Of a DNA stretch of 64,000 nt, positions 36,827-49,595 are shown piece by piece. The position numbers were made by a program, and so were the translations under genes. Position 1 is the first letter of the stretch, and every line of letters begins with the position of its first letter. Source of the DNA: Macrostomum lignano (Eukaryota); assembly GCA_002269645.1 (NCBI GenBank), contig NIVC01001461.1, forward strand, positions 121,313-185,312. The letters are read 5' to 3'. Under the pieces are notes generated by a model that saw only the letters and a list, made by a program, of their open reading frames with translations, was not told where the DNA came from and searched no databases.

Positions 36827-37260
36827 CTTTTTAGTCCAGTCCAGCCGCACCTGTGCTCAAATCCCTCTCCCTCAGTTTCTGCACCTGAGCCAATTGAGTC
36901 AGGCAGAGTCTGGGTCTTCTTGCCCTCATCAAATCTTTCAAATCATCCAGTAATTTTAAAAAATCGCTTCTTAGAAAACCGGAAATTAAACGGTCCGGAT
37001 TTTCTGCAGCAACTCTTCCTGTGCTGAATTCAAGTAAGCAGCGGTCATTCGGTGCTGATAAATCTTTTGAACTCGGTAGGAATAGCAAAAAAATTAACAA
37101 ATATTACGTAGTACAGCAGCGGTTCATTTTAACAAACAAGAATTATGCTCATTAGCTGTTGAACAAAACAAAATTTAGTTAAAATTTCAACCCAATCAGC
37201 TTCATAAAGTTCAATTTAAAGCTACCAAAAAGAGCTGGGTTCACATTAAAATTCTATCAA

Positions 37261-40200
37261 TCAGAAATAGTGCGTCTCCGGCTGCCACCGAGCACTTCCT
37301 CCATTATTGTTTGACCCAGCCGAGTCCTGGTGCAAGTAGCAGCTGGGATAGACCGATGCCCGTCTCTGTCGGTAGCTTCCAGCGCTGAGCTCCATCAAAA
37401 CAGTCGAACGCCGGTTGGAGGATTCACCGCAGCCACGGGAACGGCATCCGCATCTTCTGGCGAACTGCTGACCCACAGCGAGCCGGATGTAGCTCAGCAG
37501 CAGGTCGAGAATCTCCAGCACTGTCAGCACGCTGACACCGATCCACAGGCCGAGGTTTCCGCCAAGATCCGACAGAAGCTTCTCCATGGTGTAGGCCAGC
37601 TCCTCGACCTCCAGATCGGCCAGGTAGCTCTCGGCCAGGACGTCGATTTTCGTGACTCGCTGCTCGAGCTCGCTCATCGGCAGACTCCGATTGTTGGCGA
37701 ATTCGTTGAGCACGGTGAATCTGTAGGAGTTTGATGGAGTCTGAGTCAGTGTTTTCAGCGGATACTCTTGTTAGATAATGAAGACGAAGCGAAGGGAAAG
37801 GAGAGGCTGAGAAAGACGGCGATGAAAAGAAGAGTAGATGGTGAATGAAGGTAAAACTTAAGGTACATTTAAGCACAGATACTATAAACACTAGATAGGC
37901 CACTCCAGCTAATTTTCACAACACGACAGTTTACTCTACTTTCTGCTTAGTAGTAGTAAAAACATTTTAGCGTTATTTATATTTTTTAAAAATAAAAAAA
38001 CAGATGAATGCAATGCAGCAATTGTATTGATTTTTTTGCAAAAAGAAACTTATAATTATACTTTCCACAATTCAAAGCAACATTGTGAATGCTTTAGATT
38101 GCATAGAAGGCTATATTATTGCAGTCAACTATTGTATATTTAGCAAATACGAGCTATATCATATACTCCATAATCCATATTCGTGTAGCAAAATAGAAAG
38201 ATTTCTCATCTTAATCAGCTCATCTGTTTGTGAAACTCGCAGCGTGCTGTTGAAGAACAGGGTCGCCAGTCGCCCTTGTTCAGAGGCAGCATTCAGAACG
38301 GCCCAACAGATGAAAAAAAACTGGCGAATGCGCCACTTCAAGGTCCAGGGATGTATCCGATGGAGAGCCAATCCTCAGTGGTTTCGTAACAGGCAGCCGA
38401 TAAGCAGCAGGACTTTTGTGGTGCAGCTGCAATGAGCTGCTGATGAGATGACATCCTTTGACCAGAGCACCCCTGACTGCGAGCGCCCTGCCGCCCAGTC
38501 GACCGCTGGAAGCTGCGCTAGCCACGCCTCCACAGTCCATGGATGCACGACTGCGCTGCACTTGCCTTGACCATCGAATGTTGCCGCTGCAGCCGCTTGA
38601 TTTGCCTGTCGCTTTCGGGATTGCCGCTGCAGCCGCTTGATTTGCCTGTCGTTTTCGGGATTGCCGCTGCAGCCGCTTGATTTGCCTGTCGCTTTCGGGA
38701 TTGCCGCTGCAGCCGCTTGATTTGCCTGTCGTTTTCGGGATTGCCGCTGCAGCCGCTTGATTTGCCTGTCGCTTTCGGGATTGCCGCTGCAGCCGCTTGA
38801 TTTGCCTGTCGTTTTCGGGATTGCCGCTGCAGCCGCTTGATTTGCCTGTCGCTTTCGGGATTGCCGCTGCAGCCGCTTGATTTGCCTGTCGCTTTCGGGA
38901 TTGCCGCTGCAGCCGCTTGATTCGCCTGTCACTTTCGGAGTCGGGATCGTTGCTGCAGCCGCTTGATCGTTGCCTCTAGCGCTTGGAACCCGCGAATCGG
39001 CTGCAGAGGTGAGAGCTTTCAGCCGCAACAGCTGTTCTCGGCGCAGAATCTGGTAGCCGAAGGTTGCTCTGCCACAGCACTGGCAGCAGGCAAGTCGCAG
39101 GCTCGGCTGCAGATAGATTGCTAATTGGCCCCAGCACTGGAGGGTACATGTCGTCTGCCTCTTCATCGTTTATCAGTCCTTTGCACAGAGGGTAGCTGGT
39201 CTATTTGAACGAGCCGAGGCAGCATCAACTCTTGGTGTGGGATTGCGTCCCAGCGAAAACAGATGTCTTGCACATCCGTGGCACTTTGTAAGGCAGCAGT
39301 AGGCCTCGTCCATAAAGTGCAAGCTGAACACACGGAGGCCCCGTGATTTAATTGTTTATAAAGGTCAATATCCACGCTCCTGCAGTAGCTGCTGCCAGCG
39401 CTTCGCCAGTGTCATCTTTTGGTAATTTATGCATTCGCAACGGATTTTTCTTTCTCGGATGTTAATAGCACTAGTACAAAGCTCGTGCAAGTGGGAGCAC
39501 AGCAGTGGTTCGAATCAAAACATTTCTCGAGTACAAGATTAGATAGAAAAGCTAGTATGCACTCGAACTTTCTTTAACTCTGACTCTTGTCCTGTTCATC
39601 TATATAAGCTTGTATTTAAGCACGATTCGCCACCCCCAAATTTTCTAACCCACAACCTCTCAACCCCCACCCCTAACCCAGGCTAGCTATGTGCAGTCCT
39701 TTATTTTCTATCCCACCACCAGTGGGCCTAAATTATCGATCCACTCACCCTGCCTTATACGAAACTGATATTAACCCTATTCCAGACTACCCCCCTTCCT
39801 CCACTTTGAAAGATAGCGGCATTGCACACTGTCTGTCGCGTCTTAATGTACACCATTACTGCACAAAACAAGTTAGTTGTTTATGGCGTTAGCAAAACGA
39901 TGTCTTAAAAACAGTCACTCGATTTGTCTAATTTAGCAAATAATACTGTTGCTTCCTTTCATTGCTACTAAGCAGAAAGTAGAATAAAAAACTTGCCCAG
40001 AAAATTAGCCTGAGTGGCCTATCTAGTGTTTATAGTATCTGTGCATTTAAGCGTCGAATATTCCAGTCAAGTAAGTTCATAAAACCAAATGAAGTTGACT
40101 GTGTGAACTATACTAGCGGGCTTTAGCGGAGAAGGTGCAAATAGGTGCTTTGTTTAAGCAAATTGCTTAACAGAAAATACTTTTCCTATAGTTTGACTCC

Positions 40201-43200
40201 TTACTGTAGGAAATAAGTAGAAACGCACCTGCCAGTCAGATTGGCCTGGTCGAACATGATGTTCAGGCGGGACATCAGAACCGGATAGGCAGCCGCGGTG
40301 GGCCACTTGGCCATGGACACAACATTGGTGTAGGACTGCCTGACGCACGGATGCGCGCAGCTGTTCAGAGCTTCAGTGGTTGCGGCCGCTTCCGGACTGT
40401 TAAAGTAGCGATCGTGACAGAGGCTCCTATCGATCAGGCGGTCGACCGCCTAGGAGCGAATTGGGGTGACATTCGATCGATCGCGATGTCTGCCACCGGG
40501 CATGATGGCACCCTCCTTGAGCAGGGTACGATAATAATTCACTACACCTGCCCCAATTGGGTCAGATGTGCAACCGACAGCTCAGCCGCAGCTATTGCGC
40601 GGCGCATCTGAAGGCTGCGTACGGCTGTTCAGTCCAAGGACTGGGAGAGGGAAGTCGCCACACACGCCCTCAATTACCCCAGCTAATGCTGGCACCCATT
40701 TTACAGCTGGGTGAACTGATGCAATGCAGAGTTAAGTGTCTTGCTCAAGGAGACGAATTTTTCCAGTGGGATTGGGAATCGAACCCCCGACCTTCAAGTC
40801 GAGAGTCCGACGCTCTAACCCCTAGGCTACAGCCCCCTCCCAAAAAAGTGCTCTCAAAAATTCTGCCGCATCTTGTTGGCGCGGGATAAAGACTTCTCCA
40901 TTGATCTAGATTATTTGTCTGCTGTCCTGCTAGATATTGATCCAATTTATTGGAAACTTTTTCTAATTGTTTCTGAATGAACTCTCCTATATGCTCCTCT
41001 TTCTCGATCGTCCAGGGTATAGTTTTTCAACATTTAGTACTCAGACTTATGAACTGGAAGATGCTTTAACTAATTTTTATTCGTATGAGCTACCTTTCGC
41101 GCTGTCGCATTCCAGCTCACGTAGTGCGTCGTAGCCAGGTATTTGAGCCATTCGGCTGACAGGTAGTGGCACTGGTCCCGCAGCTGGTACTGCTCAAACA
41201 CCGGATAAGCGTACGAGATGCAGCCGCACTGCGAGTAGAGAAAAATCTGATAGGAGCGCATCAGGCAGACCTCCTGGTCGTAGGCGAACTCCGTCAGCTG
41301 GCCGTTGGTCCTGTCCAGCACGCGCACCGAGCCCGCCGCCTGGTCCGTCTGGCACGGCTTGGCCGGGGTCGACAGGCTGCGGGTCTCCAGCATGCGCACG
41401 CTGAACTGGTAGGCCTTGGCCGAGGCCATGGTGACTCCCCGGAACTCCGGCACCGGGTAGGTCGTGTGCGGATGGATGATGGTCTTGATGCCCTCAACTC
41501 GGTCCAGCCGCTCGCCATCCGACCGGCCATCGGGCAGCAGCGTCAGGTTGCTCGCTACGGTTTCTGCATCGGCGGAGGAGCTGCTGTGCTCATTCTGCGT
41601 GAACAGCACCAGACGCATTCCGTAGGAGAAGAGGTCGATCTGTTTGGGGCAATCGAAATGTGATCGGAATTTTAACTGGCACCAACGGGGGGCTGAGTTC
41701 GCTAGTCCAATTACTAAATCAACAATCGCCTCATGATGCCTTTGTTTTGAACGTCCTAAATATCGCTTAGGCTGACAATGAATAAGAAGCACTATATACA
41801 AGTACATAGAGTCTTGAAGCGACCCAACACTGCATTGGTTCGGATTTCAAACTCAAAGTGGAACCGATTAAGCTTTTTTAAACAAAAAACCGTTAAAAAG
41901 CTTGACTGTCTTGAAAGCTACGAAACTTTAAAAGTTATTATTGGAGAGCGGCAACACTTAAAAATTATGTTAGGCTTCCTAAACAGACTTCGGAAAGAAG
42001 TTGGAAGGATATATAGATTTGCCTTCGCACAGTCCTGGGTGAGGTTTTGCCATAGACAAAACACGCTTGATTTGGACTTGGGAAGTCCGTAAGGTGAGGC
42101 AATGGTTACTTATGGATACATAATGATCAATTGTCACGAGTGGCGAAGCCCATTTCGCCGACTCCCCTGAGCAGGCACACAAGCGCGCAGATACGTACGC
42201 AGTCATACGTACAAGCACACTCACAGAAGTGTACAGGGCCTTGACTTTGTTTGTCGTTAGGCATGTACACTTCGCTGTGCCTTGGGGGTTGGCTCACAAA
42301 GGTATTAATTGCACGTGCAGAGAGCCAAGCCGAGATTCCAATTTGGCCTCAAATTTATTTGACTGCACTCGGAATCGAGCCTGGGCCGGTGGCACATCAG
42401 AGCGCCGGGCGGGACCACTGGGCTACGTCCCCCATTGTGTATTCATACTGAACTGCTGGCGAACAACAAAGCTGAAAGCTACCGAAAACAAACTCGCAAC
42501 GTGTTGTACAGTTTCAGATCCAATGAGTCTCCCCATCCCCATATCCACGGGAAAATTCGCACCATTTTTTCGCTGGATTCGCTTCTGTCGCTTCTCTCAA
42601 TTCTTTCGCTGTGAAACGTGTAGCAGCCGCGGTACTGGCTGCTGCTGTGCTGGGTGAACATGCTGGCGTTGCACGGCACTCCATGAATCACGCAGTCTAC
42701 CAGCATGTCCTCTAGCGGCAGGTAGAAATCCTTCTCGTTCACGCTGCAGTACCTGCGCATTTTTTTAGGAGGTTTCGTTGTGCCGAGAAATCTGTTGTAC
42801 ATATAAAGTCCATTATATCCAATAAAAGCCATGGAACCTCCACAAATTAGGGCTTATTGCAGCAAACAAACATTTTTGTTGAGAAAAGTAGCAGAAATAC
42901 CAAATTTTGTTCCCTGATTTCTCCTACTCATACCTATTATTTAGCCAATTTCCTTTGAATTCACTATAAATCATTTTCGTGCAGGCAAGCAGAAGTTCTC
43001 TTTGAAGCCTTTGAATAGAGAACGGTGCTTTTGAAAATGTTCCATAAATCGAGAACAAATTGCTCTGTAAATCAGAGAAAGAAAACTGAATTTGAAACAA
43101 TTTTTGATAGAGAAAGTGGCAGAGAGGAGAGGCGGGAGAGGCACGAATGAGAGGATAGAGAGGCACAAAGGGTGAGAGGCCTAGAGGAGAAGCAGATAAG

Positions 43201-44991
43201 CACAGAGAGGAGAGGCAGATAAGCACAGAGAGGAGAGGCAGATAAGATAAGCACAGAGAGGAGAGGAAGATAAGATAAGCACAGAGAGGAGAGGAAGATA
43301 AGATAAGCACAGAGAGGAGAGGAAGATAAATAGAGGAATGGCAGATAAGCACAGAGAGGAGAGGCAGATAAGGATAGAGGAATGGCAAATAAGCACAGAG
43401 AGAAGAGGCAGATAAGCACAGAGAACAGGCAGATAAGCACACAGAGGGGAGACTGATGAGCACACAGAAGAGAGGCAGATAAGCACAGAGGAGAGGCAGA
43501 TAAGCACATAGGAGAGGCAGATAAGCACAGAGAAGAGGCAGATAAGCACAGAGAAGAGGCAGATAAGCACAGAGAAGAGGCAGATAAGCACAGAGGAGAG
43601 GCAGACAAGCACAGAGAAGAGGCAGATAAGCACAGAGGAGAGGCAGATAAGCCCACAGAGGGGAGGCAGATAAGCACACAGAGGGGAGGCTGATGAGCAC
43701 ACAGATAAGCACAGAGGAGAGGCAGATAAGCACAGATGAGAGGCAGATAAGCACAGATGAGAGGCAGATAAGCACAGATGAGAGGCAGATAAGCACAGAG
43801 GAGAGGCAGATAAGCACAGAGGAGAGGCAGATAAGCACAGAGAGAAGAGCCAGATAAGGATAGAGGAATGGCAGATAAGCACACAGAGGAGAGGCAGATA
43901 AGCACAGGGGAGAGGCAGATAAGCACACAGAAGAGAGGCAGATAAGCACAGATGAGAGGCAGATAAGCAGGGAGGAAAGAGGACGTATAGATAGAACACC
44001 AATTATATTTCTAACAGAGGTGAAGGTGGCCACCCCACCCCTACGGCACAGGTGCTTCAGAACGCTGTTTTGGCAAACTCTGCACGCCAAACGTGAGCAG
44101 TTTTCAGCCACGTGATGCCGAGAATTCCTCTCAAATAGCAACCATTTTTCGAAAATCTGAAGGCCGAATTCCTTCACAGGCTTTTTCCCCTAAAAACAAA
44201 TCCCAAAGGGAATTAACATGTGTGCGGCTAACCTTATCAAAGCTCTTTAATCTGCTCAAATGTCATGCAGTGATTCGAAAGAATGTTGTTTAAGCGGCTT
44301 AGTCAAAAATCTGTGGGATGGATTCAATGCGCGAAGGCATTTTCATCGAGACTTATCCGAACAAAGCTTTGACAACACTTTCCTCATTTCATTTCTGTAG
44401 CAAAGCAAGCCCTTGTCTCGAATCCCAATCCGAAGCCCGAATCCCCATCCGAAACTCGAATCCCAATCCGAAACTCGAATCCCAATCCGAAATTCAAACC
44501 CCAATCCGAAACTCAAATCCCCATCCCAGTCTCGAATTCTGAACTCAAATGTCCAACTCGAACCCCTGTCCATCTAACCGTATCCGGGACACCAGCTTGA
44601 ACAGGTCCGGCACTCGGTTCTCGTTCTCCATCTGCAGGTTCTCAAGGTTGGCCTCCAGAGCCAGCAGCTGTTTGCTCTGCTCCAGCTCTGGGCGCTCCAA
44701 GAAGTTGCCGGCCACGCAGAACGTCAGATCGGGAAAGTGGAAGGCCACCGACTGAGACAGACGCTTCACGGACACGGGGTACTGCTTGTACTGATCAAGC
44801 AGGATGCTGAACTGCACCAGGAAGCCCAGGATGCAGGCCACGGTCAGCAGAGACCAGCAGAGCCGGGCGTTCACCGTGCGGGCGCCGGCAGCGCGCCTGA
44901 CACCGTGCATGGTGGTGGTGTCGGAGAATTCGCCAAACAGGCGGCAGGCTCGGCTGCATGGTGTCGATGGAGGTTCGACCGTTGGCAACAT
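37261..44991 (-). CDS. DEG/ENaC (amiloride-sensitive) cation channel subunit, FaNaC/ASIC-like, 5 exons, ~622 aa
   Basis: complement(join(37261..37720,40229..40449,41094..41639,42563..42791,44579..44991)), phases consistent. HG motif FSDTTTMHG, TM1 LCWSLLTVACILGFLVQFSILL, FPDLTFC, Cys-rich thumb (CLMRSYQIFLYSQCGC; CAHPC...SMAKWP), TM2 LLSDLGGNLGLWIGVSVLT. Confidence 0.92.
38580..38975 (+). repeat. 40-bp minisatellite, ENaC intron 4
   Basis: Unit TTGCCGCTGCAGCCGCTTGATTTGCCTGTCG(C/T)TTTCGGGA, ~9 copies. Confidence 0.95.
40531..40833 (-). mobile_element. Full-length tRNA-derived SINE (~300 bp) with (ATT)-type tail
   Basis: Minus strand: TAGCCTAGGGG A box, GGTTCGATTC B box, CORE-like block, tail ...GGGGCAGGTGTAGTGAATTATTAT. 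Homologous to 11598-11856. Confidence 0.88.
43185..43975 (+). repeat. Purine-rich ~21-23-bp minisatellite, ENaC intron 1
   Basis: Unit GGCAGATAAGCACAGAGGAGA. Confidence 0.9.
44420..44560 (+). repeat. ~19-bp degenerate tandem repeat next to the ENaC exon 1 donor
   Basis: Unit AATCCCAATCCGAAACTCG. Confidence 0.8.
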
Positions 44992-45057
44992 GCCGGAGGC
45001 GAGCTGTTCGAGGCTTGGAGTCTCTACTTGGATAGCAGCTATCCTGATAGTCGGTCA

Positions 45058-45200
45058 CAATTTGAGCACGGTTTGAGCTTTGAGCGAGGTTTGAGCACAG
45101 TTTGGTCACGGTTTGAGCACAGTTTGGTCACGGTTTGAGCACAGTTTGGTCACGGTTTGAGCACAGTCTGGTCACGTCTTGATTACGGTTCGAGCAGGCT
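45058..45200 (+). repeat. 22-bp tandem repeat upstream of the ENaC start codon
   Basis: Unit GTTTGAGCACAGTTTGGTCACG. Confidence 0.85.
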
Positions 45201-45714
45201 GTTAGAGCACTGTTTGAGCGAGGACTCAGTGAGGTTTGATCACAAACAAGAAACTTCGACAAAGCCCTCATTAGGTCCTTAACCCAACCGAACTTTACAT
45301 TTGCATGAAGCTAGTTGCTAGGCCAGGTGGTTCGAGCGGCAATAGCTACTCGAATCTGATCGACTTTCAAGTGCCAATTGTTGCCAAGGCTGTCAAGAGG
45401 GCGTGGAAAACAACTGACTAACGACTTCCGAGCCCCGCCCTCGACAGAATTTGATAGACGAGTTGCATTTGATCTGGCGGTAGTTTTCCACCGTTGGCTG
45501 TCTGAATTTTTCAATTCGATTCTAGAATATTCTAAACTGGAGCTGCTCGATCCAGGCATGCCCTGATCGAATGCAGTTGTATCATTTTATAAAATCGATT
45601 GCGAATTCAAACTGTTGGAAAGTTCTCTAAAAAATCTGGGCTGCTTGCATTTTGTCCAATTTTAAGCAAACACGTGCATTGCCACACCTAGGGAAAAATC
45701 CGTAGTGAGAATGA

Positions 45715-46200
45715 AAGCTGATTCTGCCTCTCCGGTGTCGAGAATGCGGAGCACTTCATCTGTGAATGCCCGCCTTTACTCAGGACAGGCTCACCTACCT
45801 CGGTCCAAACCCGGACCCTTCCGACGTTTTCAGGCCCGAGAATCTCTGCCAGCTCGTCCGCTACCTAAGGGCTACCGAGTGAGCGAACATCCACCTCCTG
45901 GACTCTCCGGAGGGGGACCGCGCTGCGGACACCGGCACCACCGGATCTCCCTGCACGATACCGCAGCACCAGCTGCCCGTGGTCGCCAGGGGTTAGCGGA
46001 ATGTCGGCAACGCCTCTTTGCTGCATCCGGATGCACGGAGCCCCCTGCAGCTGAGTCAAGTACGTCAAGACACACGTGTGGACTTGGACTTGACAGCCGT
46101 ACGCAGCCTTCAGATGCGTCGCGCAATAGCTGCGGCTGAGCTGTCGGTTGCACATCTGGCCCAGTTGGGGCAGGTGTAATCAATTATAATAATTATTATT
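45715..46200 (+). mobile_element. 3' end of a non-LTR retrotransposon (I/R1/LOA-group-like C-terminal CCHC finger, 3' UTR and tail)
   Basis: From 45722: FCLSGVENAEHFICECP, then a frameshift, then DRLTYLGPNPDPSDVFRPENLCQLVRYLRATE* (stop 45880-45882). Ends GGGGCAGGTGTAATCAATTATAATAATTATTATT. Confidence 0.7.
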
Positions 46201-46269
46201 GCGGAACGGGGCATTGTGCTGGCAGGTCTCTCTGACCCCATCCTAAGCTGCACGCTCCTTACGGAAGTG

Positions 46270-46510
46270 TAAATACCATATAAGCTGCATGTAGAAGTAC
46301 TGCGGTCCGAGGCCCCACCTGACCGCCAGAAGGTGGCGCTGTTCCAAGCGGTGGTCAAGACCGTTCTGCTGTACAACGCTGAGACCCGGATGCTGACGGA
46401 CTCGCTCGATCAGCAAGGAGACGCGGCTCACGCTGGCCTGCTGTGGGCGACTGCAGCTGGCAGGCCACATCATCCGCGCAGAGTCGCACTGCACACAGCT
46501 GATGGAGATG
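46270..46510 (+). mobile_element. Degenerate RTE-type LINE fragment
   Basis: LFQAVVKTVLLYNAETRMLTDSLDQQGDAAHAGLL is homologous to LFQAVVETALLYNAETWTLTGALEAQLDAAHAALV in the 30-kb element. Confidence 0.8.
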
Positions 46511-47730
46511 CTGCTGCTGACGCTGCAGGCTTTTTAAGACCCTGGCCGCGTATTTTGTTGTTGTTGAACTTTAAGTAAATACGAATTTCCCAGCTGAGTT
46601 TATGCTTGTAAGATGTAAAATTAGGCAATTTGCAGAGTAGACTACTACTGGTAAGTAAGCGTCAACAGTTATAGCAGTCAAATTTTACCAAGTCGGCAGG
46701 AATCGAGAATGACGCAGAAGAACCGCTTTTTAGCAATATAAAAACAAAAGACTACAGAAACAATAAATTTAAACAGTAATAGGGCGTGTGTATTTCTTTT
46801 AATAATTTAGACAAGTTCCACATGAATTTAGTGGTTGATTCTTGAAATATGACATGGCTGCTCAAGTGTACATTGTTGATAGCAGTCTTAATCTGTCTTA
46901 GTAAGGGCTGCTGGGCTATTTTGTATATTGTTCAGTTTTAGAAAGTAAAGTTGAAATTTATAACAAAAAACGGAAAAAACAAGACAAAAATCAGTCTGTT
47001 TATGCACAGTTTATCACAGTTTTTACTGTCACGGTTGGATCTACTTGTCGTGACCCTTCCCGTACCCGTGCCCGTTACCGTGACCGTGACCGTGACCGTG
47101 ACCTGCAATGCGTAAAGGTAGGACAAAATATCAACGCCAACGTATGGGAGAAATCAACGAATGTGTTGCGGGATCACTCACCGCGGCCGCCGCCGCCGCA
47201 CACCAGTTTGCCATTGGCTCCGCCCATGTTTGCGCTATAGGAATAGGTTGTGAGTATAGGTGAGATCGGTAGGCGCTCAATTTGCACTGCCTAGGCTGTT
47301 GACGCCTCTGCAATCAGCCCAGCCTCCCAGTTTTATATAAACGCTACTGAGAGTGGGTGGGTCGGTCTGCGGAGAATAACAAAATCCTAACCTTCTCAGG
47401 CTAACCTCACACCCCACCCCACATACCCCGACATCCAACAACACCGAGTATCTGTACTGTGTGCCCCCCTGGGCCAAGTGCCACCCCTGCCTGCAAAAGC
47501 AGAGTTGTAGCAGACTTGGCTTGGGGTTAGGTGGGACTTTGGACAGATTGAAGTATAGCAGTTGTTATCAGTGAGACTTTTTGGTATGCGGCGCGAGGTT
47601 TTGCCAGTCCTTCAACTGATGGGGAATGGGATGCTGCAGATTCTCTTCTTATCCTAGTTTCCCTACCTATCCCCCCCTGTCTCCTTGTAGATAATGCATA
47701 TATGATGTTTTGCCTTGCGTCATTCTTGCT

Positions 47731-47971
47731 CAGGGGCATCTCCACCAGGGGGGACAGGGGGGACATGTCCATGCTTTGTCCCCCACACCACCTCGTTATC
47801 CGTTATGAAAATTGAAATCAATAATTTTGCTTCAGGCGCCAAAATATAGCGCCTACCAAAATGAGTGCCTGTAGCGCCAAAATAAAGCGCTAACAACACC
47901 GATTCTCAAAATATTGTACATGTAGAATTCTTGGCTTTGTCCCCCCACCATAAAATCTATGGCGACGCCCT
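47731..47971. mobile_element. Possible decayed hAT-like MITE
   Basis: Ends CAGGGGCATCTCCA...GGGGGGACA and TGTCCCCCC...TGGCGACGCCCT are roughly inverted. Flanks TTCTTGCT / TAATTGCT match at 6 of 8 positions. Confidence 0.4.
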
Positions 47972-48019
47972 TAATTGCTAATATAGCTTAACAGTAGGAC
48001 GGGCCACTCGACTTCTAAA

Positions 48020-48305
48020 ATACTACATTAATACACTACTACACTACTACACTACTACATTAATACACTACTACACTACTACATTAATACACTACTACAC
48101 TACTACATTAATACACTACTACACTACTACATTAATACACTACTACACTACTACATTAATACACTACTACACTACTACATTAATACACTACTACACTACT
48201 ACATTAATACACTACTACACTACTACATTAATACACTACTACACTACTACATTAATACACTACTACACTACTATATTAATGCACTACGACACTACGACAC
48301 TACTA
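48020..48305 (+). repeat. 24-bp minisatellite
   Basis: Unit TAATACACTACTACACTACTACAT. Confidence 0.95.
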
Positions 48306-48954
48306 GACTGTGAAGCAAAGTTGAAGTCTACTTGACAACTTGCCCAGTCCGTCAATAGTGTGTGACGGGTGGACTGAGTGTGAACAGTGCATCACCCGAC
48401 CCCCGCTGCGATAAACAAGACCCCACCCCACTGCGTCTGCTCAGAATGCATTCAACATCTGCTCCAGCCAATGGCAGCTCCGGAACGGCCTCTCGTACTC
48501 AGCTGAGGATTAGAGAGTTGAGGGGGGTGAGTCGCGTGACGGCTTCACTCCGTTGCCATTGGCAACAGGTGAATAGAAAAAGCGTGGAAAGGTCAATCTC
48601 CAAATAAACACTTTGCCACAGACTGACGCAGGGTTCACGGGTGGCTGCTGCTGTGTGCGACACAGACTAACGGGGAGAGAGGTGCGACCCTGGCCATTGC
48701 TGGTCCGAGCAAGCATACCTACTTCTATTAAAAGCAACGAAAAGAAAGTTGCACTGCTACAATTAAGGTCACACCGCTCGAGAGCTCACCCACGACTGGC
48801 ATAGTATAATAGACCCAACAATGAACAGAGAGAGTGTTTGGAGACTGAGAAGTGCTCTCTAAGGGGTTGTAAACTATAATATTTTAATATTTACTTGAGA
48901 GTGTGACAAGCCTGAGGCTGAGGCTGGAATGCTGCGAAAATGAGCGATGACGCA

Positions 48955-49595
48955 AGAGAATGAGATAGAGAATTCTGTGAGAGTGAGATTGAGAAATCTG
49001 TGAGAATGAGATTGAGAATTCTGTGAGAACGAGATTGAGAATTCTGTGAGAATGAGATTGAGAAGTCTGTGAGAGTGAGATTGAGAAGTCTGTGAGAATA
49101 AGATTGAGAATTCAGTGAGAATGAGATTGAGAATTCGGTGAGAATGAGATTGAGAATTTGGTGAGAATGAGATTGAGAATTCAGTGAGAATGAGATTGAG
49201 AATTCGGTGAGAATGAGATTGAGAATTTGGTGAGAATGAGATTGCAAATTTCCTAAGAATGAGATTGAGAATGCTCTGAGAATGCTCTGAGATGAGAATG
49301 AGATGAGATTGAGATGAAAATGAGATGAGAGTGAGATGAGAATGAGATGAGATCGAGAATGCTCTGAGAATGCTCTGAGATGAGAATGAGATGAGATCGA
49401 GAATGCTCTGAGATGAGAATGAGATGAGATTGAGAATGCTCTGAGACGATAATGAGATGAGATTGAGGTGAGATTGAGATGAGATTGAGAATGCTCTGAG
49501 ATGATAATGAGATGAGATTGAGGTGAGATTGAGATGAGATTGAGGTGAGATTGAAATGAGATTGAGATGAGATTGAGATGAGATTGAGATGAGAT
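48955..49595 (+). repeat. GAGA(A/T)T-based compound minisatellite
   Basis: Units GAGAATGAGATTGAGAATT(C/T)NGT and GAGATGAGATT. Confidence 0.9.

Noticed and set aside
36831-37100. ORF as an ACSL N-terminal exon
   Set aside because: Non-ATG start and no homology. The ACSL model is complete from the ATG at 36562.
38159-38460. Extra DEG/ENaC exon
   Set aside because: Exon 4 (phase 2) joins directly to 37720, and the frames here have stops or lack family motifs.
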